Below, one piece after another: positions 36,586 to 45,481 of a DNA stretch of 53,990 nt. Source of the DNA: Methanobacteriota archaeon (GTDB lineage: Archaea > Thermoplasmatota > Poseidoniia > Poseidoniales > Poseidoniaceae); contig JABIYX010000152.1 in NCBI GenBank assembly GCA_018666575.1, positions 1 through 53,990 of the forward strand, written 5' to 3'. Below the pieces are notes generated by a model that saw nothing but the letters and a program-made list of their open reading frames with translations, searched no databases and was not told where the DNA came from. The position numbers were made by a program, and so were the translations under genes. Positions within the stretch are counted from its first letter, which is position 1. Each line of letters opens with the position of its first letter.

Positions 36586-37035
36586 CTACGGCGTCCACGT
36601 GGCCCAGCTTTTCGGGGTCTCGCGTACATGCATTGCTACGAGCCTCAAAGATGTCCCGTACGAATTCTTAATATGAGGTTCAACTTGATCAAATGCCCAT
36701 TTCGCTAGATTTTCTGCTGTAGGAATAAAGGGTACAACAAAGGTACGATGACCTGAATCAAGGTGGGAAAGTGCAGTTTTGGCTTCTTCATCCCCTGAGT
36801 AGACAACGAATGCATGATCAACCACATCGTGAATGTGCTCCATTAGGATATGGCTCACATCTGAAAAATCCATGACCATTCCTTCTTCACTAACGCCAGG
36901 TGTGTTGACAATGTCTCCTTCAATTTCTGCCTCGAATCTGTATCGATGACCGTGGAAGTGTCTGCACTTACTCTTGTGATTGGGTACTCTATGTCCTGTA
37001 TCGGTTTCTACATATCTTCGTATCCTCGTAGTCAT
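36586..37035 (-). CDS. queD: 6-carboxy-5,6,7,8-tetrahydropterin synthase
   Basis: HRVPNHKSKCRHFHGHRY..E (Cys and His/zinc motifs of the PTPS/QueD family). Last gene of the preQ0 operon. Confidence 0.85.
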   Translation of the reverse strand: MTTRIRRYVETDTGHRVPNHKSKCRHFHGHRYRFEAEIEGDIVNTPGVSEEGMVMDFSDVSHILMEHIHDVVDHAFVVYSGDEEAKTALSHLDSGHRTFVVPFIPTAENLAKWAFDQVEPHIKNSYGTSLRLVAMHVRETPKSWATWTP

Positions 37036-37421
37036 TCTTTCACCTCAAATTCCATTGCAGCACTGTTGATACAATACCGCTCCCCACCATGTTTTCTTGG
37101 TCCATCGTTGAACACATGGCCTAGATGTGCATCGCATGTACCACAACGAACTTCGGTTCGAACCATCCCGTGGGTTACATCAACTATGCGAGAAATACAG
37201 GCCTCTGAATCCTCAGAGTGAAAGGCAGGCCATCCGCATCCAGAATCAAATTTCATCTCATCTGAGAACAAGAGAGTTTTACAGACGATACACGTATAAT
37301 CGCCTTTTCTTTTTTCATCATTCAGTATGCCGGTGAATGGGCGTTCAGTCCCATTTTGCTGCGTTACATAGAACGAAATATCTGGCAAAGAGGCTATGTT
37401 TTCTTTCCAATCATCAGTCAT
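37032..37421 (-). CDS. msrB: peptide-methionine (R)-S-oxide reductase
   Basis: CIVCKTLLF..KFDSGCGWPAF, RTEVRCGTCDAHLGHVFNDGP, RYCINS. Trimmed to MTDDWKE. It overlaps the queC stop by 8 nt and the queD start by 4 nt. Confidence 0.9.
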   Translation of the reverse strand: MTDDWKENIASLPDISFYVTQQNGTERPFTGILNDEKRKGDYTCIVCKTLLFSDEMKFDSGCGWPAFHSEDSEACISRIVDVTHGMVRTEVRCGTCDAHLGHVFNDGPRKHGGERYCINSAAMEFEVKE

Positions 37422-38202
37422 GAGTATCACCTTTGAATTGCTTTTCAATCATTAATGCATTTGAAAGAATGTTTTCCCAAGGTAGGATATAGGGAATTGG
37501 ATCTTTTCTACCAATCGCATGAAATGCCAATATACGTTCAATATCTGAACCGCTTGTTCCAGAACTTCTTCCAGAATCATCAGGATTATACGAAGTGATT
37601 GTGTTTTGAAGCACTGTATCAAAATCAAATCCAAGAGTCTTAGTGGAATCAAGAGCATCAAGTAAAATGGATTCTTTGTCACCGTGTAAGAAGGGTAAAT
37701 CGAATTCTACAAGTTCGTGATCCCAGTTTCCGACTTTGAAAGCCTCATGGAGTGATTCATAGAATTCTGGCCTGCAATCAGGATAGATTGCATGATCGCC
37801 ACTATGTACGCCGAGGGCTAGAATAACATCGCTCCCAGATTGTTTTGCTTTTGATAATGCAAATCCATAAAGGATTGAAGCAAATATTGCATTGCGGTTT
37901 GGTACCACTGTCATCTTCATCTGATCCTCTTCATAATGACCTGTTGGAACTTCCTGTTCATCAGACGTGAGTGCAGAATCAAAGAGTTTCATGGCCGGTG
38001 AGAGATCAACGATATGATGGCGAATATCATGCCCATTTGATTGACACAGTTGAACGGTCGCTTTTGCTTTTTCAACTTCGATGGAGTGTTTTTGGCCGTA
38101 GATGTAGGAGATGCATGTGGCTCGATATCCCCTAGCGAGATAATGAATCAATAGGCATGTCGAATCCATACCTCCACTCAGCGCCAAGACAACGTGTTTC
38201 AT
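37414..38202 (-). CDS. queC: 7-cyano-7-deazaguanine (preQ0) synthase
   Basis: MKHVVLALSGGMDSTCLL PP-loop. ATGA overlap with the queE stop. The ORF-track start was trimmed by 14 codons. Confidence 0.85.
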   Translation of the reverse strand: MKHVVLALSGGMDSTCLLIHYLARGYRATCISYIYGQKHSIEVEKAKATVQLCQSNGHDIRHHIVDLSPAMKLFDSALTSDEQEVPTGHYEEDQMKMTVVPNRNAIFASILYGFALSKAKQSGSDVILALGVHSGDHAIYPDCRPEFYESLHEAFKVGNWDHELVEFDLPFLHGDKESILLDALDSTKTLGFDFDTVLQNTITSYNPDDSGRSSGTSGSDIERILAFHAIGRKDPIPYILPWENILSNALMIEKQFKGDTHD

Positions 38203-38852
38203 AGAATACCCATCCATTTGTGTGTTTGAAGTGACAATCTCCATTCAGGATTCTGCTTTACGATTTGTTCAGTAATTTGAAATGATTTACCATTTTCTGC
38301 TATTGTATCTGTATCGATGTAACAGGGTTGAAGGAATAAGTGTTCAAACCCCTGCTTTAATTCATCGTACATTGAAAGGTCTTGGCCGCAGTATACCACC
38401 TTCATCTCATTTCCAGATGCCTGGCGTATTGCTACATTAGGATACATCTGATCCTTTGGGGAGATACAAATCCAATCTAGTAACCCGTTTGGAATCTCAA
38501 TTGTTCCATTACTTTCGATTGAAAGAGAAAATCCTCTTCTCTTCAATAAACGATGTAAAGGCCACAAATTCTGGAGCATTGGTTCTCCCCCAGTGAATAT
38601 TATTCGCTTACAGTCGAATTTCAAAACCTCGTCTAGAATATCAATTGCAGTCATATTTTTGTATGTGTCAAAATCAGTGTCACACCAAGAACAACGCAGA
38701 TTGCATGACCCGAATCGTACGAATATGTGAGGAATTCCTGCATGATATCCTTCACCTTGTACGGAATGAAAAATCTCAACGATTGGATATTCAATGGCTA
38801 AATCGACAGGGTCATCCAAAATTTCATCTCCTGATAGAGAACATTGAACCAT
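38199..38852 (-). CDS. queE: 7-carboxy-7-deazaguanine synthase (radical SAM)
   Basis: EIFHSVQGEGYHAGIPHIFVRFGSCNLRCSWCDT. Confidence 0.88.
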   Translation of the reverse strand: MVQCSLSGDEILDDPVDLAIEYPIVEIFHSVQGEGYHAGIPHIFVRFGSCNLRCSWCDTDFDTYKNMTAIDILDEVLKFDCKRIIFTGGEPMLQNLWPLHRLLKRRGFSLSIESNGTIEIPNGLLDWICISPKDQMYPNVAIRQASGNEMKVVYCGQDLSMYDELKQGFEHLFLQPCYIDTDTIAENGKSFQITEQIVKQNPEWRLSLQTHKWMGIL

Positions 38853-38862
38853 AGTATCAACC

Positions 38863-39435
38863 CTAGTCTGAATTAGAAATTAACTGCATTAATTCACTAC
38901 GCGCTTCTTGTTTGTCGAAGAATACACCACGCATCGAGCTTGTGGTCATAATTGCATTTTGTTTCTTCACGCCTCTGCATCGCATACAACCATGTGCTGC
39001 TTGAATAATTACTGCAGCGCCAAGCGGTGAAAGGTTTTCGACTAAGTCATCCGCGACCCCGTTTGTAATGCGTTCTTGATTTTGTAATCGCAAAGCATGG
39101 TGGTCTACAATTCGTGCGAGTTTAGAGATTCCAACGATACGATCGACTGGAATGTATGCTACATGCGCTTTGCCAGAAAATGGTTGCAGATGATGCTCAC
39201 ATGTAGAATGGAATTCTATGTTGCTAAGTAAAACAATACCATCGTATCCTTCTGCGTTAAATGTAGCATCGAGTATTTCCTTTGGATTGGTCTTATACCC
39301 GCTAAAAATTTCATCCCATGAATCAATCACTCGTTCTGGAGTTCTCATCAAACCTTCTCTTTGAGAGTCAGTTTCCAAGTATTTGAGTAAGGTATGTACT
39401 GCTTCTTCTGCTTCTTTTCTTGTGGTCATAATCAT
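38863..39435 (-). CDS. folE: GTP cyclohydrolase I
   Basis: FHSTCEHHLQPFSGKAHVAYIP, ISKLARIVD, QERITNGVAD, AAHGCMRCRGV. Confidence 0.9.
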   Translation of the reverse strand: MIMTTRKEAEEAVHTLLKYLETDSQREGLMRTPERVIDSWDEIFSGYKTNPKEILDATFNAEGYDGIVLLSNIEFHSTCEHHLQPFSGKAHVAYIPVDRIVGISKLARIVDHHALRLQNQERITNGVADDLVENLSPLGAAVIIQAAHGCMRCRGVKKQNAIMTTSSMRGVFFDKQEARSELMQLISNSD

Positions 39436-39605
39436 TCACCTTCTAGTCTTCCTTGCCGTTTATCAATTGTATCGAGTTGATCGAGCAATTTTCTGCAAGC
39501 CGATCGTATTGCATCAGCAACACTGATGAATTTCTTGTCATCGCCAACATGAAATTTCAAATCATTTAGTAATTCACTTGGCATGTCTAAACTCACCTTA
39601 GGCAT
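39432..39605 (-). CDS. small ribbon-helix-helix (CopG-like) protein, 57 aa (below the ORF-track cutoff)
   Basis: Manual translation of the minus strand: MPKVSLDMPSELLNDLKFHVGDDKKFISVADAIRSACRKLLDQLDTIDKRQGRLEGE. It has a beta-strand then two-helix pattern, and its TGA overlaps the folE ATG (ATGA). Confidence 0.55.
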   Translation of the reverse strand: MPKVSLDMPSELLNDLKFHVGDDKKFISVADAIRSACRKLLDQLDTIDKRQGRLEGE

Positions 39606-39639
39606 AGCCAGTCCATCGTATACGAATATAAGAAGAATA

Positions 39640-40860
39640 CTATGATCTTGAGGTCACGATATCTTCTCTTGAAAATTGTTTCGCAGCATACCGAATCGTC
39701 AATGATGAAACGAAAATGGAGACACTTATCCAAATGATAACGTGTTCGACGATTACTCTGTCAAGGAGTAATTCTCGTAGAGCGAGTAGGACATTAACAA
39801 ATGGTATTGCAAACCAGAAGGATTCTACGTCATCTAAATTTATGAATTGTGTAAGTAAAATAGGTACAATCATTGCAAGCGTTATCGGAGCAAGTACAGT
39901 TCCTGCTTCTTTAACTGATTTTGACCTCATAGCCAAGGCGAGATAAAGGGCAACAATCATTGTTCCATAAAGACCAACAGCGAGTGTTAACAAGAGTACA
40001 GAGGCGATGCTAATTTCAGGGACATTAACCAAATCTTCTGCCAGGAAAGCAATGCCAAATAATAATCCAGCAACTTGTAATGCAACACCAACTCCAGTTA
40101 TCGTAACGACAGCTAACCATTTACCCATGAGAAGTTCTGATCGAGATAAAGGTAAACTCAACAACGACTCCAGTGTTCCACGTTCTCTTTCCCCAACCGT
40201 CATGTCAATTGCAGGTTGTACGGCTGCAGATGCAGTCCACAATGCCAGTACGAACGGGATAAATAACGACAGTAGCATCCCTGCTTGTTCTCCCTTTGTA
40301 GCCACATCAGCATCAGAAATTTCACCATCCCAGCGCAGTGGGTTCAGAGTTGTATCAGCATCAAGACCGCCTGCTTCAATACGTTCGATTGTTTCGTTCG
40401 TTTCCCACTCATTTAACACGTCGAGTACTCTGTTACGTGCTTCTGTGGATTGTTCTGAGGTTGAAAGGAATAAAACCGAATAGACCCAAGTATCATTCAT
40501 TTGTTGGAGCCTTAGTATTGCATCATATTCGTATGAACGCAGACGAGATGAGTCATTCAAGGGTTCAGATAAGGTTTCTAATCCATCTGGTAAGGCCTCT
40601 GTTGTGATTGTCATATTTGTTTGATTAAGGCCCAAGAAGATGTCCTCATCAATATAATCAGATTGAATCAATACATCGACATCAAGTTGTTGCAATTCTT
40701 GAGCTTCGTTTTGCATCACAAGAGGGAATGCGATGAAGAGAAGGGGGAAAAGTAGGAGTGGGACTAGGATCAGAGCCACTATCGTCCTCCAATCACGAAT
40801 GAATTCCATGATTTCTTTTTTGGCGACAATACGCATCTGAGTAAATCGGATCCTACTCAT
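39640..40860 (-). CDS. ABC-2 type transporter permease (NatB-like)
   Basis: N-terminal TM, large external loop and a five-helix C-terminal ABC-2 membrane domain. It overlaps the upstream ATPase gene by 8 nt. Confidence 0.75.
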   Translation of the reverse strand: MSRIRFTQMRIVAKKEIMEFIRDWRTIVALILVPLLLFPLLFIAFPLVMQNEAQELQQLDVDVLIQSDYIDEDIFLGLNQTNMTITTEALPDGLETLSEPLNDSSRLRSYEYDAILRLQQMNDTWVYSVLFLSTSEQSTEARNRVLDVLNEWETNETIERIEAGGLDADTTLNPLRWDGEISDADVATKGEQAGMLLSLFIPFVLALWTASAAVQPAIDMTVGERERGTLESLLSLPLSRSELLMGKWLAVVTITGVGVALQVAGLLFGIAFLAEDLVNVPEISIASVLLLTLAVGLYGTMIVALYLALAMRSKSVKEAGTVLAPITLAMIVPILLTQFINLDDVESFWFAIPFVNVLLALRELLLDRVIVEHVIIWISVSIFVSSLTIRYAAKQFSREDIVTSRS

Positions 40861-41677
40861 CTTCGTTCACCTCATATCCAGGACTCCGTGTAAACAATCT
40901 TCGCCAAAGCATTGCGAACTTTGATGGTTCGACCATATCTTCCTGCCGTGGTCGAGCGACTTCCGAAGTTAGAGATACATATGCTTCTTCAAGAGAATTC
41001 GTATTAGTTATAGAGAGCAGGTCTTCGGGGGTTCCATCAGCACGTATTGTCCCATTGTGTACAATGATAATCCTGTCACATACCTGTTCTGCTTCAGCTA
41101 GATGATGTGTAGAATAAATGACAGTACCTCCTTCATCTTTGAGTTTCGAAACAAGTTTCCTAACGATACGAGCTGAGGTAACATCCAATCCAGCTGTAGG
41201 TTCATCCAAAAGCAGTATGCTTGGTCCATGAGCTAAAGCTCTCAGTAGAGCCGTTTTCTGACGCATACCCCGGGAAAATCCTTCTGTATATCGATGTAGG
41301 CTATCTTGCATGTCGAGTAATTCTGCAAAACGAATAGTACGAGACCAAGCTACTGAGTCTTCAATCCCATGAATTCTACTGTGAAACCGTATGTTTTCCC
41401 AAGCGGTTAGTTTAGAATACAAACCAGTGGATTCAGGAACGACGCCCAATACTGAACGCATTTCGTCAACATTTTTTCCATCTTTGAGGTGCACTCGTCC
41501 TGTCGTTGGTTTATATATGCCAGCCATCATTCGGAGCAGTGTGGTTTTCCCAGCACCATTGCCGCCAACCAGGCCAACAACTGATTCATTTTTGATTTCT
41601 AGTGAGACATGTTCGATGGCATGGACATCTCCAAATGATTTACTCACATCAGTGAGGTGGAGGAGATTATCTGTCAT
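40853..41677 (-). CDS. ABC transporter ATP-binding protein (NatA-like)
   Basis: Walker A GGNGAGKTT, signature FSRGMRQK, Walker B ILLLDEPTAGLD. Trimmed to MTDNLLHLTDVSKSFG. Confidence 0.9.
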   Translation of the reverse strand: MTDNLLHLTDVSKSFGDVHAIEHVSLEIKNESVVGLVGGNGAGKTTLLRMMAGIYKPTTGRVHLKDGKNVDEMRSVLGVVPESTGLYSKLTAWENIRFHSRIHGIEDSVAWSRTIRFAELLDMQDSLHRYTEGFSRGMRQKTALLRALAHGPSILLLDEPTAGLDVTSARIVRKLVSKLKDEGGTVIYSTHHLAEAEQVCDRIIIVHNGTIRADGTPEDLLSITNTNSLEEAYVSLTSEVARPRQEDMVEPSKFAMLWRRLFTRSPGYEVNEDE

Positions 41678-41690
41678 GAAAAACCCTCGA

Positions 41691-42038
41691 TTAAGAGGCT
41701 CGTCCATTTTCGATAGCAATGTCCAAACCAGGATGCTTTTCTTCAAGTCGTTTTGCACGTGCAAGCGTATTTCTTAATTCTTGTTGAATTTCCTGTTGAG
41801 GGATACCCATCTCAACAAGTGTTCCAATGAGTGTGAATGCCCCTTGGATCGCACCTGCGTCAAGAAATGCATCATTAGTGATTTCACCATGGAGGCGAAG
41901 AAGTTCTAATCGGTTAGCAATGAACTCTGCTTCTTCCCGGATTCTTGGTCCTGCAATATGCGGCAAGGCGATCAAATGGTCAATACAGGTTCTCATCATC
42001 TCTGGGTTACCGAGAACGATTATGAGCATTATGCTCAT
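41691..42038 (-). CDS. hypothetical helical protein
   Basis: 115-aa ORF between mce and the ABC genes with 8- and 13-nt spacers. No recognisable motif and no DxHxxG cobalamin-binding motif. Confidence 0.5.
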   Translation of the reverse strand: MSIMLIIVLGNPEMMRTCIDHLIALPHIAGPRIREEAEFIANRLELLRLHGEITNDAFLDAGAIQGAFTLIGTLVEMGIPQQEIQQELRNTLARAKRLEEKHPGLDIAIENGRAS

Positions 42039-42046
42039 TTGACCTC

Positions 42047-42475
42047 TTATCTTTGTTTTAGTTCGACCAATACTCCACCGGTACTTCGGGGATGTACGAA
42101 GGCAATGAGTGAATCATGAGCGCCTTTACGCGGGCTTTTATCGATCATACGTATTCCATGATGAATCAGATGACTAATCATTGCTTCTAAATCATCGACG
42201 GACAAACATAATTGTTGTATTCCTTCTCCTCGCTTAGAAAGAAATTTTCCAATCGGAGTATCTGGGCCTGATGGCTCCAATAGTTCGATATTAGGTCCAT
42301 CGGAAGACGCTGATGATAATGGAAAGAATCGGGTTGTAACACCTTGGTCTTCTACAAAATCATCTTTTCCTTTTGCTTGAAGGCCAATAATATTCCAAAA
42401 TGTGCTTCCTTCTTCAAGAGAATTAGTTGCAATCCCAATATGGTCAATTTCTATTCGTTGTTTCATATGCATCAC
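42047..42475 (-). CDS. mce: methylmalonyl-CoA epimerase (VOC/glyoxalase family)
   Basis: IDHIGIATNSLEE...IELLEP..DTPIGKFL...GIQQLCLSVDD...VHPRSTGGVLVEL. Confidence 0.85.
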   Translation of the reverse strand: MMHMKQRIEIDHIGIATNSLEEGSTFWNIIGLQAKGKDDFVEDQGVTTRFFPLSSASSDGPNIELLEPSGPDTPIGKFLSKRGEGIQQLCLSVDDLEAMISHLIHHGIRMIDKSPRKGAHDSLIAFVHPRSTGGVLVELKQR

Positions 42476-44050
42476 CTAAAACCCACTAGGTGCCATGTAG
42501 ACTCCAAAGACATCTTTCATTGCCTTCATGATCTCCCCTAGCGTCGCATCTTGTTTCACTGCTTCGATGACTAACGGGAATAAATTATCTTCAGTTGTAC
42601 AAGCATTCGAAATCCGCTCTAGTATGTCGTTTACAGCTTTTGAATCTCTCGCTAATCTCGTTTCTTTCAATCGTTGATGTTGTTGTTCTGTCACTTTTGG
42701 ATTAAGTTTCATTGGTTGAACTTTGATATCTTCTTCAAGAACACCATGATTCACTCCAACAATATTTCTTGTATTTCTTTCAATTTCGTTGAAGTAGCGG
42801 TATGCAGTCGTATGAATCTCTTGTTGCTGATATCCTTGCTCAATTGCTGCCATAGAACCTCCAAGAGATTCGACTTTCAGAATTTCTGTCATCGTTTGTT
42901 CATATATCTGGTCAGTAAGATTCTCGATATGGTACGAGCCTGCAAATGGATCTACAACGTCAGCCACACCAGATTCTTCAGCGATTATCTGCTGTGTTCT
43001 TAATGCCACAGTAGCACTTTTCTCTGTCGGTAATCCTAAGGCTTCATCATAACTGTTGGTATGAAGACTCTGTGTACCTCCACAAACAGCAGCTAATGCT
43101 TGGATAGTTACTCGACTAATGTTGTTGAGTGGTTGTTGAGCGGTTAACGAAACACCTGCAACTTGGGTGTGGAATCGAAGCATGCTTGAACGCGGATTCT
43201 TGGGATCATACCGCTTTGTCATGAGGTCATACCAAAGTCTTCTTGCTGCTCTAAATTTAGATACTTCTTCAAGAAAATCATTGTGGCAATTGAAGAAAAA
43301 GGAAAGACGAGGAGCAAATTGATCAATATCTAATCCCTTAGTTATGGCAGCTTCAACATATGCTAATGCATTTGAAATCGTGAATGCTAATTCTTGTACT
43401 GCAGTTGAACCCGCTTCACGAATGTGATAGCCTGAAATTGAAATTGTATTCCATTTTGGAATTTGCTGGGAACAGTATTCAAAAATGTCCGTAATCAATC
43501 TCATAGAGGGTTCTGGTGGAAATACATAGGTGCCTCTGGCAATGTACTCTTTGAGAATGTCATTCTGTATTGTTCCTGAAATTTTATTCATGGATACGCC
43601 TTGTTCTTCGGCCACAACGGCATACATTGCAAGTAAGACCATTGCAGGAGCATTGATTGTCATTGAAGTTGATACTTTGTCCAGAGGAATTTCCGATAGT
43701 AATTCTCGCATATCCTCCAATGTCGATATAGAGACTCCGACTTTACCAACTTCTCCTTCAGATAACGGATCATCCGCATCAAGACCTAATTGGGTCGGTA
43801 AGTCAAAAGCAACTGATAGACCTTTTTGACCTCGGTCAAGCAATAAACGAAACCGTTCATTCGTCTCTTTTGCTGAAGAGAAGCCAGCGTACTGGCGCAT
43901 TGTCCACAATCTTGTCTTGTACATGTGTTCATGAATGCCACGAGTGTAAGGAGGCTGGCCAGGAATTTCACCGCTTCCATCGCCAATATGATAAGATGGG
44001 ATTGAGATTCCGCCCAAGGTTTCCCATTTGTCTTTACGAAACGCCACCAT
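42476..44050 (-). CDS. methylmalonyl-CoA mutase, large (catalytic, N-terminal) subunit
   Basis: PYTRGIHEHMYKTRLWTMRQYAGF, LSVAFDLPTQLG, TINAPA, ISGYHIREAG, SFFFNCHNDFLEEVSKFRAARRLW, HTQVAGVSLTAQQPLNN. There is no fused B12-binding domain. Confidence 0.92.
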   Translation of the reverse strand: MVAFRKDKWETLGGISIPSYHIGDGSGEIPGQPPYTRGIHEHMYKTRLWTMRQYAGFSSAKETNERFRLLLDRGQKGLSVAFDLPTQLGLDADDPLSEGEVGKVGVSISTLEDMRELLSEIPLDKVSTSMTINAPAMVLLAMYAVVAEEQGVSMNKISGTIQNDILKEYIARGTYVFPPEPSMRLITDIFEYCSQQIPKWNTISISGYHIREAGSTAVQELAFTISNALAYVEAAITKGLDIDQFAPRLSFFFNCHNDFLEEVSKFRAARRLWYDLMTKRYDPKNPRSSMLRFHTQVAGVSLTAQQPLNNISRVTIQALAAVCGGTQSLHTNSYDEALGLPTEKSATVALRTQQIIAEESGVADVVDPFAGSYHIENLTDQIYEQTMTEILKVESLGGSMAAIEQGYQQQEIHTTAYRYFNEIERNTRNIVGVNHGVLEEDIKVQPMKLNPKVTEQQHQRLKETRLARDSKAVNDILERISNACTTEDNLFPLVIEAVKQDATLGEIMKAMKDVFGVYMAPSGF

Positions 44051-44094
44051 AAATCACCCACGACGAGGCAATTCATCAATCCTCGCTTTCAAGT

Positions 44095-44568
44095 TCAATG
44101 TTCATGTCCGCCAGGACCATGTGCGTGTCCATGAGAGAGTTCTTCATCAGAAGCAGGTCGTACATCGACCACTTCGACACTGAATTCCAACGTTTCTCCA
44201 GCGAGTTTGTGATTGAAATCGACTGTGATGGTGTCACCATCTACGGCTGTAACATTGAATGGTCCGACGTCAGACATCAGAGTCATTCCGACTTCCGGTT
44301 CAATATCTCCAAACATATCCTTGGGGATTGTTTGGATTGCTTCTTCCATTTTGTGACCATATGCGCGCTCAGGCTCGAGAGTAAATGTTCTCCTCTCGCC
44401 CTTTTTCGCTCCCATAAGTTCTTCTTCAAAACCTGGGATCATTTGCTTGTGACCAACCAAAAAAGTTAGTGGGTCACGGCCTTCGCTTGAATCAAAAACT
44501 TCTCCCGATTCTGGCAGGGTTCCTGTGTAATGGACTGTTGCGACTGCATTTGCTTCTACTGTAGACAT
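44095..44568 (-). CDS. slyD: FKBP-type peptidyl-prolyl isomerase, SlyD-like
   Basis: VHYTGTL..GEVFDSS..PLTFLVGHKQMIPGFEEELMG, an IF-domain insertion and a His-rich tail (HGHAHGPGGHEH). Confidence 0.85.
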   Translation of the reverse strand: MSTVEANAVATVHYTGTLPESGEVFDSSEGRDPLTFLVGHKQMIPGFEEELMGAKKGERRTFTLEPERAYGHKMEEAIQTIPKDMFGDIEPEVGMTLMSDVGPFNVTAVDGDTITVDFNHKLAGETLEFSVEVVDVRPASDEELSHGHAHGPGGHEH

Positions 44569-44572
44569 GATA

Positions 44573-45457
44573 TCATCTTCTTGTTGTAAGGGCTCTAACG
44601 AGGGTTGTTAGTCGTTCCGCCACTTCTTTGGAAATAATGAGTTCTTCTTCCTTATCGGCGATGAAGGCATAGGTCTCCTCAACACCCATTCGTTCTCCCT
44701 TAGCCCAAATTTGACCTAATAGATTTGAACGATGTTCCTCAGCGATACTATCGTCTTCGAGAATATCTTTAGCAGCATATTTGTACTCGTTGTACTTTTG
44801 TCTGTTGAGTTTCTTAACCTTAGGTTGACGGCCACCACGGCCATCATCATGCCTTCTTCGTCTTCGACTGAATCGCTCGGGCTTGGTTACCTTCGTGGTA
44901 ATCTTCTTGAACACATTTTTTTGTGACGTTGGATCGATTTCACTATCGGCAGGAGCCACTTCTGAAGGAGCCGCTTTAGGTGCAATGATAGCAGAGGCAG
45001 GAGAGGCTACGGGTTTTTGTTCGACAACAGGCTTTGCAACAGCAGGTTCCAAAATTAATTCTGTCTTCTTAATGGATTCCTGTGACTGTTTTCTCAATTC
45101 AGCAAGCCGGTCGGCACGGGATTGATTTTTTACTGTGGAAGGCTGGGTCGATGCTGGATTGATTTGGCCTGCGCCGACAGCAGGTTTACTTTGAGATGTA
45201 GCTTGTTTTTCCGAAACTGTAAGTTTTTTACGAGCCTCTTGTTGCTTCTTCAACAAATCTGATTCCATTGTCCCAGATCGTGGCACTGGGCGTGTTGGAG
45301 TTGGTGCCGTCGGGCCAGATTGCAGTGTTCGTTCGCTTCTCTTCTTTTGGCGGACGGCATTTGCATTTGCCGCAAAAGGATTGAATGGTTCATCCTTTTT
45401 TCTACGCCTGTCTCGAATTATGAAGCCCCCGGTAGTTACAACTCCATGACGACTCAT
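44573..45457 (-). CDS. hypothetical highly basic, largely low-complexity protein with a structured C-terminal ~80 aa
   Basis: Arg/Lys/Pro/Ala/Gln-rich N-terminal 200 aa, then KYNEYKYAAKDILEDDSIAEEHRSNLLGQIWAKGERMGVEETYAFI... It sits between kae1 and slyD with 24- and 4-nt spacers. Start taken at the ATG (MSRHG). Confidence 0.55.
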   Translation of the reverse strand: MSRHGVVTTGGFIIRDRRRKKDEPFNPFAANANAVRQKKRSERTLQSGPTAPTPTRPVPRSGTMESDLLKKQQEARKKLTVSEKQATSQSKPAVGAGQINPASTQPSTVKNQSRADRLAELRKQSQESIKKTELILEPAVAKPVVEQKPVASPASAIIAPKAAPSEVAPADSEIDPTSQKNVFKKITTKVTKPERFSRRRRRHDDGRGGRQPKVKKLNRQKYNEYKYAAKDILEDDSIAEEHRSNLLGQIWAKGERMGVEETYAFIADKEEELIISKEVAERLTTLVRALTTRR

Positions 45458-45481
45458 TAAAAACAAATCGCATGAATCAGA

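Noticed and set aside
40007-40483. 158-aa ORF antisense to the ABC-2 permease
   Set aside because: It is a shadow ORF with Ser/Thr/Ala-rich low complexity.
41691-42038. The 115-aa ORF as the missing cobalamin-binding small subunit of methylmalonyl-CoA mutase
   Set aside because: It has no DxHxxG motif or Rossmann-like B12-binding pattern. The small subunit must be encoded elsewhere.
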